From: a bacterium | GTDB taxonomy: Bacteria; RBG-13-61-14; DATKZS01 | Assembly: GCA_963674965.2 (NCBI GenBank) | Contig: CAXXFL010000001.1 | Coordinates: forward strand, 512,001 to 576,000 | DNA length: 64,000 bases | Reading direction: 5' to 3' | Shown here: piece after piece, positions 46,063 to 57,290 of the stretch | Layout: every line of letters starts with the position of its first letter | Position numbering within the stretch: position 1 is the stretch's first letter | Program-made: the position numbers and the translations under genes | The notes under the pieces: generated by a model | What the model saw: only the letters and a program-made list of their open reading frames with translations | What the model was told of the DNA's origin: nothing | Database searches by the model: none

Positions 46063-46381
46063 TTATTGACTCCATGAACTTGGAAATAAAGCCCTTGGCC
46101 TTCCTGCCCTCGAGCAGGAGCTCGAGTTCGCCGTCGTCAAGGTACACGCCCTTGCACGACTTGCATTTATCGATAACCACGTCCGCGTAGCTCTTCTCTT
46201 CCATGTCGCCGCCGCACTTGGGGCACTTCATCCAGGTGTCGCACTTGTTCTCTTTTTGAGCCTCGCGTTTTTCGTTCAGCTTCTCGCGCAGGGCCTTGCG
46301 CTTGAGTTGTTCCTGCTCGGCGAAGTACTGCTCTTCCTGCTCGATTCTGTTCTTGGGTTTGGGTATTTTCTGATCCGCCAT
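46052..46381 (-). CDS. zf-TFIIB-like zinc-ribbon protein
   Basis: EEQYF, MKCPKCG...DKCKSCKGVYLD.GELE; RBS ggagg. Confidence 0.85.
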   Translation of the reverse strand: MADQKIPKPKNRIEQEEQYFAEQEQLKRKALREKLNEKREAQKENKCDTWMKCPKCGGDMEEKSYADVVIDKCKSCKGVYLDDGELELLLEGRKAKGFISKFMESITGE

Positions 46382-46493
46382 CGTAAACTTCCTCCAGGTT
46401 ACTATTCTATTTTTTTTCCGCCGGGGCGGATAATAAAATATACCATACCGGGCCGGAACTCGCCACCAAAGGCGACCCAAGCCGGGCCCAAAA

Positions 46494-48776
46494 TCAGTCC
46501 ACCAGGATAAGCGGAGCGTAAATGGCCAGAAATTTTTTCGTTCCTCTCGCGAACTTCACCACTACCCGCGTTTTATCTCCACTCTCCTCCAGGCGCTTGA
46601 CCACCCCCTCGCCGAAAGAGTCGTGGTAAACGCGGCAACCCGGAGCGAAAACCACGCCGTCGGGACGCTCGAAGCCCTCATCGCTCACGGGCTCGTCGTA
46701 AATAATCTCCGAGTCGCCGAAGTCCACCCGGCGCCCTTCCCTTTTCTTCTCCCTGGTCTTGGACTTGGCCCTGGCCCTGGCCGTGCCGCGCCCGGTCTCG
46801 AAAAGGCCGGCCTGGCTTGGCCGCGCCGCCCCGATCGTCTCGACCAGGTCCTCCGGTATCTCGGCGAGGAACTGGGAGGGCCTTTGGAACTCGAGTCTCC
46901 CCTTGATCACGCGCTGGAGGGCCCGCGTCATGGTCAACTCCTCCTTGGCCCTGGTCATGCCCACGTAGCAAAGGCGTCTTTCCTCCTCGAGGGCCCGCCG
47001 CTCGAAGCCCTCGGGCCCGTGGAATATGGACATCGAGTGGGGGAAAAGTCCCTCTTCCATGCCCACCATGAAGACCACGGGGAACTCGAGACCCTTGGCG
47101 CTGTGAATGGTCATGAGGGTGAGGTTTCCTCCCGAGGCGTCGAACCGGTCCATGTCCTGGGCCAGGGAAACCTTCTCGAGGAAACCGGCCAGAGATGGGT
47201 CGTCACTGCTGATGGCGTGGTCCGTGGCCGCGTTGATCAGTTCCTCCAGGTTCTCGAGCCTGGACTGGGCCTCGACTCCCCCCTCCTTCTCGAGCATGGC
47301 CGAGTAGCCGGAAAGCTCGATGGCGTCCCTTACCAGCCCCGGCAGGGAGGCGTCCATCTTGCCCTGGAGGACCCTGATAATTTTTAAAAACTCCTCGAGT
47401 CCCCCCCGGGCTTTCTTGCCCGCGGCCTCCCGGATGATCACCTCCTCGACCGCCTCGAGCCAGCCGATTTCCTCGAGCCTTTTTAGACCGGCCACGGCCT
47501 CGATGGTTTTGGCCCCCACCCCCCTGGCCGGCAGGTTGATCACTCGGAGAAGGGCCACCTCGTCCTCCGGGTTGAGGACCAGCTTCAGGTAGGCCAGAAT
47601 GTCCTTGATCTCCTTGCGGTCATAAAACCGGGTCCCCCCGTAGATAACGTAATGCAAGTCCCTTGCCCGGAGCGCGTCCTCGATGACCCGGCTCTGGGCG
47701 TGGGTGCGGTAAAACACCGCCATCTCGCTCAGGCCCCGGCCCATGCCCAGGCGCCTAAGGGCCTCCTCGATGACCCACCTGGCCTCCTCCCGGTCGTCAT
47801 TCGCCGTGTAAAGCCGGACCCGGGAACCGCGGGGACCGTCGCTCCAAAGTCTTTTGTTCTTGCGCTCCGAGTTATGAGAGATCACCGCGCTCGAGGCCTC
47901 GATGATCGACTTGGTGCTGCGGTAGTTCTGCTCGAGCATGACCACTTTGGCCTCGGGATAATCGGACTCGAAGTTCAGGATGTTGGTCAGGTCCGCGCCC
48001 CTCCACCCGTAAATCGACTGGTCCTCGTCCCCCACCACGCAGATCGAGCCGGAATCTCCCACCAGCTCCCGCACGATGAGGTACTGGACCCGGTTCGTGT
48101 CCTGGTACTCGTCGACCAGCACGTGGCGGAAACGGTCCCTATACTTCGCCAGGGTCTCGGGCGAGGTCTTGAAAAGCTTGTAGGTCAAAAATAGAAGGTC
48201 CCCGAAATCGACGGCGTTGCTGGCCTTGAGCCTTTCCTGGTAGGAGGTCAAAAGAGGCACGAAGGGCTCGATCCTCGGGTCCGGGAAAGTCGCCACGTCC
48301 TCCATGTCGATGGCCTCGCGCTTGACGGCGTCGACCCACGAGCGCAGGGACTTGGGCGTGACCTTTTTCGGGTCCAGGCCGCTGTCCTTGATGACGGTCT
48401 TTAAAAGAGATAATTGGTCCGAGTCGTCATAGATCACGAAGGAGGAAGGGTAGCCGATCGTCTCGGCCTCCATCCTCAGTATCCTCGCGCCCAGGCCGTG
48501 GAAGGTGCTGATCCAGGCCCCCGAGGCGTCCCTTCCCAAAAGCCCGCCTATCCGGTGGCTCATCTCCTCGGCCGCCTTGTTGGTAAAGGTCACGGCCAGA
48601 AGGTTCCAGGGATCGACGCCCACGGCCTTTATCAAGTGGGCCACCCGGTGGACTATGACCCTGGTCTTGCCCGACCCGGCTCCCGCGACTATTAATAGAG
48701 GCCCGCCCGAGTACTCGGCCGCCTCCCGCTGGGGGCCGTTAAGGCCCGCTAGCCATTCACTATCCGTCGAATTCAT
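46494..48776 (-). CDS. pcrA: UvrD/PcrA ATP-dependent DNA helicase
   Basis: AGAGSGKT, TFTNKAA, DEYQDTN, NYRST, TIHSAKGLEF, EERRLCYVGMTRA. Confidence 0.95.
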   Translation of the reverse strand: MNSTDSEWLAGLNGPQREAAEYSGGPLLIVAGAGSGKTRVIVHRVAHLIKAVGVDPWNLLAVTFTNKAAEEMSHRIGGLLGRDASGAWISTFHGLGARILRMEAETIGYPSSFVIYDDSDQLSLLKTVIKDSGLDPKKVTPKSLRSWVDAVKREAIDMEDVATFPDPRIEPFVPLLTSYQERLKASNAVDFGDLLFLTYKLFKTSPETLAKYRDRFRHVLVDEYQDTNRVQYLIVRELVGDSGSICVVGDEDQSIYGWRGADLTNILNFESDYPEAKVVMLEQNYRSTKSIIEASSAVISHNSERKNKRLWSDGPRGSRVRLYTANDDREEARWVIEEALRRLGMGRGLSEMAVFYRTHAQSRVIEDALRARDLHYVIYGGTRFYDRKEIKDILAYLKLVLNPEDEVALLRVINLPARGVGAKTIEAVAGLKRLEEIGWLEAVEEVIIREAAGKKARGGLEEFLKIIRVLQGKMDASLPGLVRDAIELSGYSAMLEKEGGVEAQSRLENLEELINAATDHAISSDDPSLAGFLEKVSLAQDMDRFDASGGNLTLMTIHSAKGLEFPVVFMVGMEEGLFPHSMSIFHGPEGFERRALEEERRLCYVGMTRAKEELTMTRALQRVIKGRLEFQRPSQFLAEIPEDLVETIGAARPSQAGLFETGRGTARARAKSKTREKKREGRRVDFGDSEIIYDEPVSDEGFERPDGVVFAPGCRVYHDSFGEGVVKRLEESGDKTRVVVKFARGTKKFLAIYAPLILVD

Positions 48777-48853
48777 CTTTGTCTTTCTATTTTATTCCTC
48801 GCGGACGCTCAGCCCTGAGGTGGATTTCTTTTTCGTTCCCTGAAACGCCTGGA

Positions 48854-49306
48854 CTAAACGCCCGTGTGTCCGAAGCCTCCGGCGGCCCGATCGGTTTCAT
48901 CCAGCTCTTTTGCCTCCTCCCACTTAGCCTCGATGACGGACGCCACCACGAGCTGGGCCACCCGGTCGCCGGGCCGAATGGTAAAGGGTTCGCCCCCCAG
49001 GTTCATCATGATGATCTTCAGCTCTCCCCGGTAGTCCGAGTCAATGGTGCCGGGCGAGTTGGGAAGGATTATCCCGTGCTTGAGCGCCAGTCCCGACCGG
49101 GGCCGGACCTGGACCTCGTATCCCGGCGGAATGGAGAGGGCCATGCCGGTGGGCACGGCGGTCCTTCCCCCCGGCTCGAGGGTAAAGGGACCGGCCAGGG
49201 AGGCCCGCACGTCGTAGCCCGCCGAGCCCCCGGTCTGTTTCTCCGGCATGGATACCGGCCCCGCGGCGTCCGCCAGCTTCAATACCTTTATCACGGTCCC
49301 GCTCAT
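48854..49306 (-). CDS. dut: dUTP diphosphatase
   Basis: SAGYD, RPRSGLA, GTIDSDYRGE, RAAGGFGHTG. Confidence 0.97.
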   Translation of the reverse strand: MSGTVIKVLKLADAAGPVSMPEKQTGGSAGYDVRASLAGPFTLEPGGRTAVPTGMALSIPPGYEVQVRPRSGLALKHGIILPNSPGTIDSDYRGELKIIMMNLGGEPFTIRPGDRVAQLVVASVIEAKWEEAKELDETDRAAGGFGHTGV

Positions 49307-49487
49307 TTATCCTCCTTACAAGCAGGGTATCTCGCGCTTCCGGACAATGCAATCCAGGAAATGTACCTCCGGCGGCCGGGAAGAGGCCCTCCAAAAGCCG
49401 CGCCGACTTGAGGCTGGCAATCCGGGATTCTTACTGGTAGACTCTACCTAACCCGCCCGGTGGCGGGAAACGACTCGGAGTACTCTC

Positions 49488-50081
49488 TTGAATAACGCAA
49501 ACGGCCAGGCGGCGTCGATCAGGGCTTTCATAGCCGTCGGCGTTCCCGACTCGATCAGGTCGCGCCTGGAGGACCTTCATTCCAAGCTTCGCCGCCTTGA
49601 CGCCGACGTCAAGTGGGTCAGACCCGGCTCGATGCACCTCACCCTAAGGTTCCTGGGCGATATCCCCGCCGGCCGGGTGGACGAGGTCCAGGAGGCGATG
49701 GACGCGGCCTTGAAGGACGTCTCGCCCGTCGAGATCGAGATCGGAGGAAGCGGCGCGTTTCCCAATTCCCGCCGTCCTCGTGTATACTGGTTAGGAATAA
49801 AAGGCGGCGCTCCCGAGTTGGAAAAAATGTTCGGCCTGCTCGATCCGGAGCTTTTCTCCCGAGGCTTCGGACACGCCGACAAGCGTTTCTCGGCCCACCT
49901 TACCCTGGGCAGGGTCAGGTCGGGAAGAGGATCGGAGAAAGTGGCGGGCCTTCTCGAGAGGGAGGCGGCGGGGACCATCGGGTCGTTCACGGCCTCGAGG
50001 GTGGTTCTCTACCGAAGCGAGCTCAGGCCGGAGGGAGCAAAGTACACGAGTCTCCGCGAGACGCTTTTGCGGGGTGGTTAA
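49488..50081 (+). CDS. thpR: RNA 2',3'-cyclic phosphodiesterase (2H family)
   Basis: RAFIA, two HLTL motifs; position upstream of recA. Confidence 0.92.
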   Translation: MNNANGQAASIRAFIAVGVPDSIRSRLEDLHSKLRRLDADVKWVRPGSMHLTLRFLGDIPAGRVDEVQEAMDAALKDVSPVEIEIGGSGAFPNSRRPRVYWLGIKGGAPELEKMFGLLDPELFSRGFGHADKRFSAHLTLGRVRSGRGSEKVAGLLEREAAGTIGSFTASRVVLYRSELRPEGAKYTSLRETLLRGG

Positions 50082-50148
50082 AAGCGGTCCCCAAAGGGGG
50101 CGGCGACAATTCGGGCGTCGATGGACGCCGACGCGCATGGAGGACGAA

Positions 50149-51228
<1,080 letters not shown>

Positions 51229-51319
51229 ATCGGTTTCCAGATAGGGTAAAATAGATAATCAGTCGCGAGAATCCGTAGTGACGTGAAAAACGAAACTCGT
51301 TTAGAAAAAGGAGATCGCC

Positions 51320-52579
51320 ATGTCTCAACCGACACCTCCCAAGGCTTCGGCGCCGGGGGGCGGGGGGGGCGCCCGGCAGGGGACCTCGGACCTTAACCAG
51401 ATACTCAAGGTCGCCCTTAACGCGGGGTCCTCGGACGTCCACATCAAGGCCGGACTGCCGCCCATCTTCCGCATCGACGGGTCCCTTTACCCCTACAAGG
51501 AGTCCCCGCGGCTGACGCCCGACATGGTCAACCGCATCGCCTTCGGCATCATGAACAAGGGCCAGCAGGAAAAGTTCAGGAACGACTTCGAGATCGACCT
51601 GGCCTACGGCGTGCCGGGACTGGGAAGGTTCCGCGTCAACATCTTCCAGCAAAGAGGCACCGTGGGAATAGTGCTCCGGGCCATCCCCTTCAACATCCTG
51701 AACATAGAGCAGCTTTACCTGCCGCCGGTCATCGGCAAGATAGCCATGGAACAGCGCGGGCTTATCCTGGTTACGGGGACCACCGGCTCGGGAAAATCGA
51801 CCACCCTGGCCGCCATGATCGACCTCATCAACTCGACCCGGACCTGCCACATCGTCACCATCGAGGACCCCATCGAGTTCCTGCATCGCGACAAGAAAAG
51901 CATCGTCAACCAAAGGGAGGTCGGCTTCGATACCAAGTCCTTCGCGATCTCCCTCAAGAGCGCCCTCCGGCAGGACCCCGACGTCATTCTCGTCGGCGAA
52001 ATGAGAGACTTCGAGACCATCGAGACGGCCCTTACGGCGGCCGAGACCGGACACCTCGTGCTCTCGACCCTGCACACCATCGACGCCACCGAGACCATCA
52101 CCCGCGTGGTCACCGCCTTCCCGCCTTTCCAGCAAAAGCAGATTCGGCTCCAGCTCGCGGGCATCATTAAAGGCGTCATCTCCCAGCGCCTGGTACCCAG
52201 GTCCGACGGCAAGGGCCGGGTCCCGGCCGTCGAGATACTGGTCTCGACCGGCAGGATCAGGGAGTGCATCGAGGACAAGGACCGGACCAAGGAGGTAAGG
52301 GACGCCATCTCCACGGGCCATCAGATTTACGGGATGCAGACCTTCGACCAGTCCCTTATGCTCCTTTATCGCAGAAAGCTCATCACCTTCGAGGAGGCCC
52401 TTCGCCAGTCCACCAACCCCGACGACTTCAAGCTCAAGGTCAGTGGAATATCGGGAGGCTCGGACGCGGCGGCCTGGTCCGACTTCGCCGGGGAGGGCGG
52501 AGACGACGACGGAGGAGAAGGCGGCTCCAGCGGTGGAGCGGCCGGCGGTCCCGACGACCTCCAGATCGAGCGCTTCTAA
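51320..52579 (+). CDS. pilT: PilT/PilU-family type IV pilus ATPase
   Basis: GTTGSGKSTT, TIEDPIE, LRQDPDVILVGEMRD, TGHLVLSTLHT, GMQTFDQ; lacks the canonical AIRNLIRE. Confidence 0.88.
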   Translation: MSQPTPPKASAPGGGGGARQGTSDLNQILKVALNAGSSDVHIKAGLPPIFRIDGSLYPYKESPRLTPDMVNRIAFGIMNKGQQEKFRNDFEIDLAYGVPGLGRFRVNIFQQRGTVGIVLRAIPFNILNIEQLYLPPVIGKIAMEQRGLILVTGTTGSGKSTTLAAMIDLINSTRTCHIVTIEDPIEFLHRDKKSIVNQREVGFDTKSFAISLKSALRQDPDVILVGEMRDFETIETALTAAETGHLVLSTLHTIDATETITRVVTAFPPFQQKQIRLQLAGIIKGVISQRLVPRSDGKGRVPAVEILVSTGRIRECIEDKDRTKEVRDAISTGHQIYGMQTFDQSLMLLYRRKLITFEEALRQSTNPDDFKLKVSGISGGSDAAAWSDFAGEGGDDDGGEGGSSGGAAGGPDDLQIERF

Positions 52580-52590
52580 TCGGTATCAAA

Positions 52591-52628
52591 CCGGGCGTCG
52601 TGGCTTTGCGGCGCCCGGCTTTTCTTTC
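52591..52628 (+). terminator. Intrinsic terminator after pilT
   Basis: ccgggcgtcgt/gcggcgcccgg stem followed by cttttcttt. Confidence 0.7.
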
Positions 52629-52778
52629 CAGCGTCTTTTATCGGCGATAAATCCGTTATAAAATATAAATTTATGCCCGGCCGCGAAAAGGCGGGGCCGG
52701 GGCCTTTAACAAAAAACGAGACGTTGGCCGCCTCGAGGGGATCGGCCTCGCCTTGAAATTCATTTATGGAAGCGTCAG

Positions 52779-55598
52779 ATGAAACTAGATGAAATCAGGA
52801 AAAAATTCCTGGATTATTTCGCCGGCCAGGGCCATGAGGTCGTGTCCAGTTCCTCCCTGATTCCGCAGGGAGACCCCACCTTGCTCTTCACCAACGCGGG
52901 CATGAACCAGTTCAAGGACGTGTTCCTGGGCGCCGAAAAAAGGAGCTACGTCAGGGCCGCGACCTCCCAGAAGTGCTTCCGGGCCTCGGGCAAGCATAAC
53001 GACCTCGAGAACGTGGGCCGGACCGCCCGTCACCATACCTTCTTCGAGATGCTTGGCAACTTCAGCTTCGGGGACTACTTCAAGGAGGACGCCATCCGAT
53101 ACGCCTGGGAGCTGTTAACCGTCGAGTTCGCGCTTCCCAAGGACAGGCTTTGGATCACGGTTTTCCGCGACGACGACGAGGCGGAGGAACTGTGGAAAAA
53201 GGTGGCCGGCGTTCCGGCAAGCCGGGTGGTCCGCATGGGAGAGAAGGACAACTTCTGGTCCATGGGCGACGTGGGTCCCTGCGGGCCCTGCTCCGAAATC
53301 CACATCGACCAGGGACCCGAGGTCGGTTGCGGCCGACCCGACTGCAAGCTGGGATGCGAGTGCGACCGCTACCTCGAGCTTTGGAACCTGGTGTTCATGC
53401 AGTTCGACCGTGACGCCTCGGGGACCATGACGCCCCTTCCCCGCCCCAGCATCGACACGGGCATGGGGGCCGAGAGGATCGCCGCCGTCCTGCAAGGCAA
53501 ACACAACAACTACGACATCGACCATTTCCAGACGATTATCCGGAGGGTCGGAGAGCTGACCGGGACCGAGTACGGACGTGATGAAAAAACCGACGTCTCC
53601 CTGCGGGTTATCGCCGACCATGCCCGGGCCATGTCCTTTTTGATCGCCGACGGCATCCTTCCCTCCAACGAGGGCAGGGGCTACGTCCTGCGCAGGGTCA
53701 TGAGAAGAGCGGGCAGGCACGCGAAGATGCTGGGCAAGGACGAGCCGGCCCTTTTCGGCGTGGCCGAAACGGTGGTCGATCTCATGGGACCGGCCTATCA
53801 TGAGCTTCTGGACAAACGCGCCTTCATAAGCGAGGTGGTGAGAAAGGAGGAGGAAAGGTTCCTCGAGACCCTGGACGCCGGCCTCAAGATACTGCAAGAG
53901 GAGATTTTCAAGAAGACCGCCCGCGGCATGGTGGAGGACAAGGTCCTTCGCATGGCTAAAAAGGCGCGGGCCGAGGAGGAGATCGACGAGGAAACCCGCA
54001 AGATCATGGAGGAGACCGGCACGACCGCCGCGGCCAACGAATCCTATGAGGAGGCCCTCGAGGACATCCAGAAAAGGGCGGCCGAGGGCGCGGCCATCAA
54101 GCAGATGTGGAAGGTCTCGGGAGAGTTGGCCTTCAAGCTCTACGACACCTACGGGTTCCCCCTCGACCTGACCCAGACCATCGCCGCCGAGGAGGGCGGA
54201 GACGTGGACGTCGAGGGCTTCGAGAAGGCCATGGAGGCCCAGCGGGAAAGGGCGCGCGAGCACTGGAAAGGCTCCGGCGAGGAGGTGGTCGAGTCGGTCT
54301 ATAAGGAGATTCTCAACTCGAGCGGCCCGACCGAGTTCCTCGGCTACAAGACCACCCGCGCCTCGGCCAAGGTGGTCGCCCTTATTCAAGACGGAAGCCT
54401 TGTCGATTCCGCGGACAAGGAAGGGGCGGCTTTCCAACTGGTTACCGACCGCACTCCCTTTTACGGCGAGTCCGGCGGCCAGGTGGGGGACCGGGGGACC
54501 ATCACCGCCGGGGGACTCGAGATTGAAGTCACCGACTCTACCCGTCCTGCCTCGAGCCTTTTCGTTCATCACTGCCTGCTTAAAAAAGGCTCGGTCTCGC
54601 TCGGCCAGACCGTTAACCTCGCCGTTGACGAGGAACGCAGACTGGACACGGCCCGGAACCACAGCGCCACGCACCTTCTCCAGCACGCCCTTCGCCGAGT
54701 GGTCGGCGACCACGTGCACCAGAAGGGTTCCCTGGTCACGCCCGACCGCTTCCGGTTCGACCTGACCCACTTCTCCCCCCTTGGCAAGGACGAGCTTGCC
54801 GGCATCGAGATCATGGTCAACGACCTGATCCGTGAGAACCACGAGATCAAGGTCCACAACTTAAACTACAAGGACGCCGTCTCGAGGGGGGCCATCGCGC
54901 TCTTCGGTGAGAAGTACGGAGAAAAGGTCCGCATGATCGAGATGGGCGACTTCTCGCGGGAGCTATGCGGAGGCACTCACGCCTCCCGTACCGGAGACGT
55001 GGGCTCCTTCAAGATACTCTCCGAGTCAGGAGTGGCATCGGGCGTGCGGCGGGTCGAGGCCGTCACCGGAAGGGCCGCGGTCATTCACTTTCAGGAGACG
55101 GAAAAGAACCTTCTCGAGGCGGCCGAGCGACTCAAGGCCAAGCCGGATGAAGTGGCCGACCGGGTCATCAAACTTCAGGAGGAGATAAAAGCCCTCAAGC
55201 GGGACTTCAAGCAAAAACTCGAGAAGAGGCTGATGGAGGGAGAGGGGGACGTCATGTCCCGCGCCGTCGAGGTTGGCGGCGTCAAGGTCATCGCCCACAA
55301 GGTCGAGGTCGAGGACGGCAAGGACCTGCGCGGGCTGGGCGACGAGATCAAGGCCAAGATAGGGAGCGGGGTCGCCGTTATCGGCGCCGAGGCGGGGGGC
55401 AAGGCCCATCTTCTCGCCGTGGTCTCGCCGGACCTGGTAAAAAAGGTCAAGGCCGGCGACCTTGTCAGGGAACTCGCGCCCATCGTGGGCGGCAAGGGCG
55501 GCGGTAGGCCGGACTTCGCCCAGGCCGGCGGACCGGACCCCGAAAAACTGGACGAGGCCCTGGCCAAGGTAATCGACCTGGTTAAACAAAGACTTTAG
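52779..55598 (+). CDS. alaS: Alanine--tRNA ligase
   Basis: LLFTNAGMNQFK, HHTFFEMLGNFS, YDTYGFP, NHSATH, ELCGGTH, GGKGGG. Confidence 0.98.
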   Translation: MKLDEIRKKFLDYFAGQGHEVVSSSSLIPQGDPTLLFTNAGMNQFKDVFLGAEKRSYVRAATSQKCFRASGKHNDLENVGRTARHHTFFEMLGNFSFGDYFKEDAIRYAWELLTVEFALPKDRLWITVFRDDDEAEELWKKVAGVPASRVVRMGEKDNFWSMGDVGPCGPCSEIHIDQGPEVGCGRPDCKLGCECDRYLELWNLVFMQFDRDASGTMTPLPRPSIDTGMGAERIAAVLQGKHNNYDIDHFQTIIRRVGELTGTEYGRDEKTDVSLRVIADHARAMSFLIADGILPSNEGRGYVLRRVMRRAGRHAKMLGKDEPALFGVAETVVDLMGPAYHELLDKRAFISEVVRKEEERFLETLDAGLKILQEEIFKKTARGMVEDKVLRMAKKARAEEEIDEETRKIMEETGTTAAANESYEEALEDIQKRAAEGAAIKQMWKVSGELAFKLYDTYGFPLDLTQTIAAEEGGDVDVEGFEKAMEAQRERAREHWKGSGEEVVESVYKEILNSSGPTEFLGYKTTRASAKVVALIQDGSLVDSADKEGAAFQLVTDRTPFYGESGGQVGDRGTITAGGLEIEVTDSTRPASSLFVHHCLLKKGSVSLGQTVNLAVDEERRLDTARNHSATHLLQHALRRVVGDHVHQKGSLVTPDRFRFDLTHFSPLGKDELAGIEIMVNDLIRENHEIKVHNLNYKDAVSRGAIALFGEKYGEKVRMIEMGDFSRELCGGTHASRTGDVGSFKILSESGVASGVRRVEAVTGRAAVIHFQETEKNLLEAAERLKAKPDEVADRVIKLQEEIKALKRDFKQKLEKRLMEGEGDVMSRAVEVGGVKVIAHKVEVEDGKDLRGLGDEIKAKIGSGVAVIGAEAGGKAHLLAVVSPDLVKKVKAGDLVRELAPIVGGKGGGRPDFAQAGGPDPEKLDEALAKVIDLVKQRL

Positions 55599-55642
55599 CG
55601 GCAAAGGCTCATCCCTGAAGCCGCTGGAAAGGAAGGTTTGAA

Positions 55643-56071
55643 ATGGAAAATATGAACGATCCCGGACCAGAAGAACAAGCGCCCATGGGAGGAAATCCTC
55701 CAGCGAGTCCGCCCGCGGCGGGAGGCGGACTTTCACAAGAAAACGAGCGGCTCCTGGCGCTGATTATGCACCTATCCATGATAGCGGGGTTCTTCGTCCC
55801 CTTTACCAATATCATCATTCCGCTCGTCATCTGGCTGCTTAAAAAAGACGAGAGCCAGTACATCGACGTTCACGGCAAGGAAGTGGTTAACTTCCAGATC
55901 AGCCTGCTGATTTACCTTATGATCTCGGGAGTGCTTACCATCGTGCTGATAGGTATCATCGGCCTTGTCGGGTTCAGCATTTTCGGCTTGATCGTGGCCA
56001 TCATGGGCGGCATTAAGGCCTATAACGGGGAATACTACCAGTATCCTCTTTGCATCAGGTTGATTAAATAA
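55643..56071 (+). CDS. DUF4870-family membrane protein
   Basis: LALIMHLS, PLVIWLLKKD, HGKEVVNFQIS, YQYP. Confidence 0.88.
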   Translation: MENMNDPGPEEQAPMGGNPPASPPAAGGGLSQENERLLALIMHLSMIAGFFVPFTNIIIPLVIWLLKKDESQYIDVHGKEVVNFQISLLIYLMISGVLTIVLIGIIGLVGFSIFGLIVAIMGGIKAYNGEYYQYPLCIRLIK

Positions 56072-56141
56072 TCCGGTAATTTTCAGTTCTCATGACGGGG
56101 CCGGAGTTTTCCGGTCCCGTTTATAATGAATAATAGGCTGA

Positions 56142-57185
56142 CTATGAAATGGCGCGACGAATTCCCTTGGTCGCCCTGGCGTAGGCCATCTCTAAAAGAT
56201 ATTCTGACCTGGTGATAAATATATTGTCCTTGTGATGCATGGCGCAGACGGAAAGGCAATCGTTGCACGAGACAAGACCCTCTACGGTATCCCTGTACCT
56301 CGGGTCGCTTACCAGGTCCTCCAGTTTGCCCTGGGCCAGGTTCCCGAACCACTCGTAATCCCTGTCAAACCATTTGCCGCAACTCTGTACCCTGCCGTCC
56401 CACTCGAGAGAGATAACGAATAGGGGCGAATTACATCTGAAAGGTTTTCCTTCCCTGAAAATATTCAAGGAACTAAAGGAGTTCGCCACGGGAAAACCCC
56501 TCAGTTTAAGGCTCGCTATTTCGTCTATCGACGCTTTATATTCAGCGTCTCGCTCCGGGACAAGGTCTTCGTTGTAACCCTTTACCAGCCAACTGGGTAT
56601 AAACTCGACCCAGACGTCCAAGTCGTCGGCCAGCCTTATTACCTTCTCGACGCCGCCCATAGTCGCCTTGTTAAGCTGAGACCACAAAACCACGTCCAGC
56701 TTTTTTTTCTTCTTTCTTATGGACTCGATACCTTTCATGGCCCTGTCAAAGGCGCCGGGGAAACCTTTGAGCTTGTCATGGTCCTCGCCGACGGCGTCGA
56801 TGGACAACAGGAGCAGGCCCAGGCTGGGGGCTATATCGGGTCCCCTTTCCTCCAATAGGGTCCCATTTGTACAAACGGTCGTATACATATCCAGGCTGGA
56901 GGCCAGCGCCAGGATTTTATCCACTTCCGGATGCATTAGCGGCTCCCCTCCCCATAAGGAGTAGGTCGTTACCCCAAAGGAAGCGGCGTCGTGGAGAATC
57001 GATCGCATGTCCTGGTAATCGAGTTCTCGGGAGGGATCGTAGCCCTCCGCCTTCCACCAGTCGCATATCCGGCATCGGCAGTTACAGCGGAGAGTGATCC
57101 TGTGCAAGATGAAATAGGGCCTGTGCCTTACGTGAGTCATCCGCGCGTTGAGAAAGGCCCTTTTCAATGTGGTGGAAATGTCCAT
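56142..57185 (-). CDS. Radical SAM protein with a SPASM/twitch-like C-terminus
   Basis: CNCRCRIC, GGEPL, TNG, SID; C-terminal C..DG.V.SC...CNDC...C. Confidence 0.88.
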   Translation of the reverse strand: MDISTTLKRAFLNARMTHVRHRPYFILHRITLRCNCRCRICDWWKAEGYDPSRELDYQDMRSILHDAASFGVTTYSLWGGEPLMHPEVDKILALASSLDMYTTVCTNGTLLEERGPDIAPSLGLLLLSIDAVGEDHDKLKGFPGAFDRAMKGIESIRKKKKKLDVVLWSQLNKATMGGVEKVIRLADDLDVWVEFIPSWLVKGYNEDLVPERDAEYKASIDEIASLKLRGFPVANSFSSLNIFREGKPFRCNSPLFVISLEWDGRVQSCGKWFDRDYEWFGNLAQGKLEDLVSDPRYRDTVEGLVSCNDCLSVCAMHHKDNIFITRSEYLLEMAYARATKGIRRAIS

Positions 57186-57290
57186 GAAATCATTGCCGCG
57201 AGTAACAAAACCTTATTGGGCGTAACCAGAAGTAAAGGCTATCATGGCCTTGGCCGGCGGACAAATCTGTGGACCGTTTCGAGCTGGCGC

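Noticed and set aside
49307-49487. SOS box or ncRNA between dut and thpR-recA
   Set aside because: Only a short cccgcc/ggcggg hairpin; no LexA motif I can recognise
52580-52778. T-box leader before alaS
   Set aside because: No T-box antiterminator consensus; the hairpin is explained as the pilT terminator
53907-54116. Intein in alaS
   Set aside because: No N-terminal C/S or C-terminal HN motif, and too short
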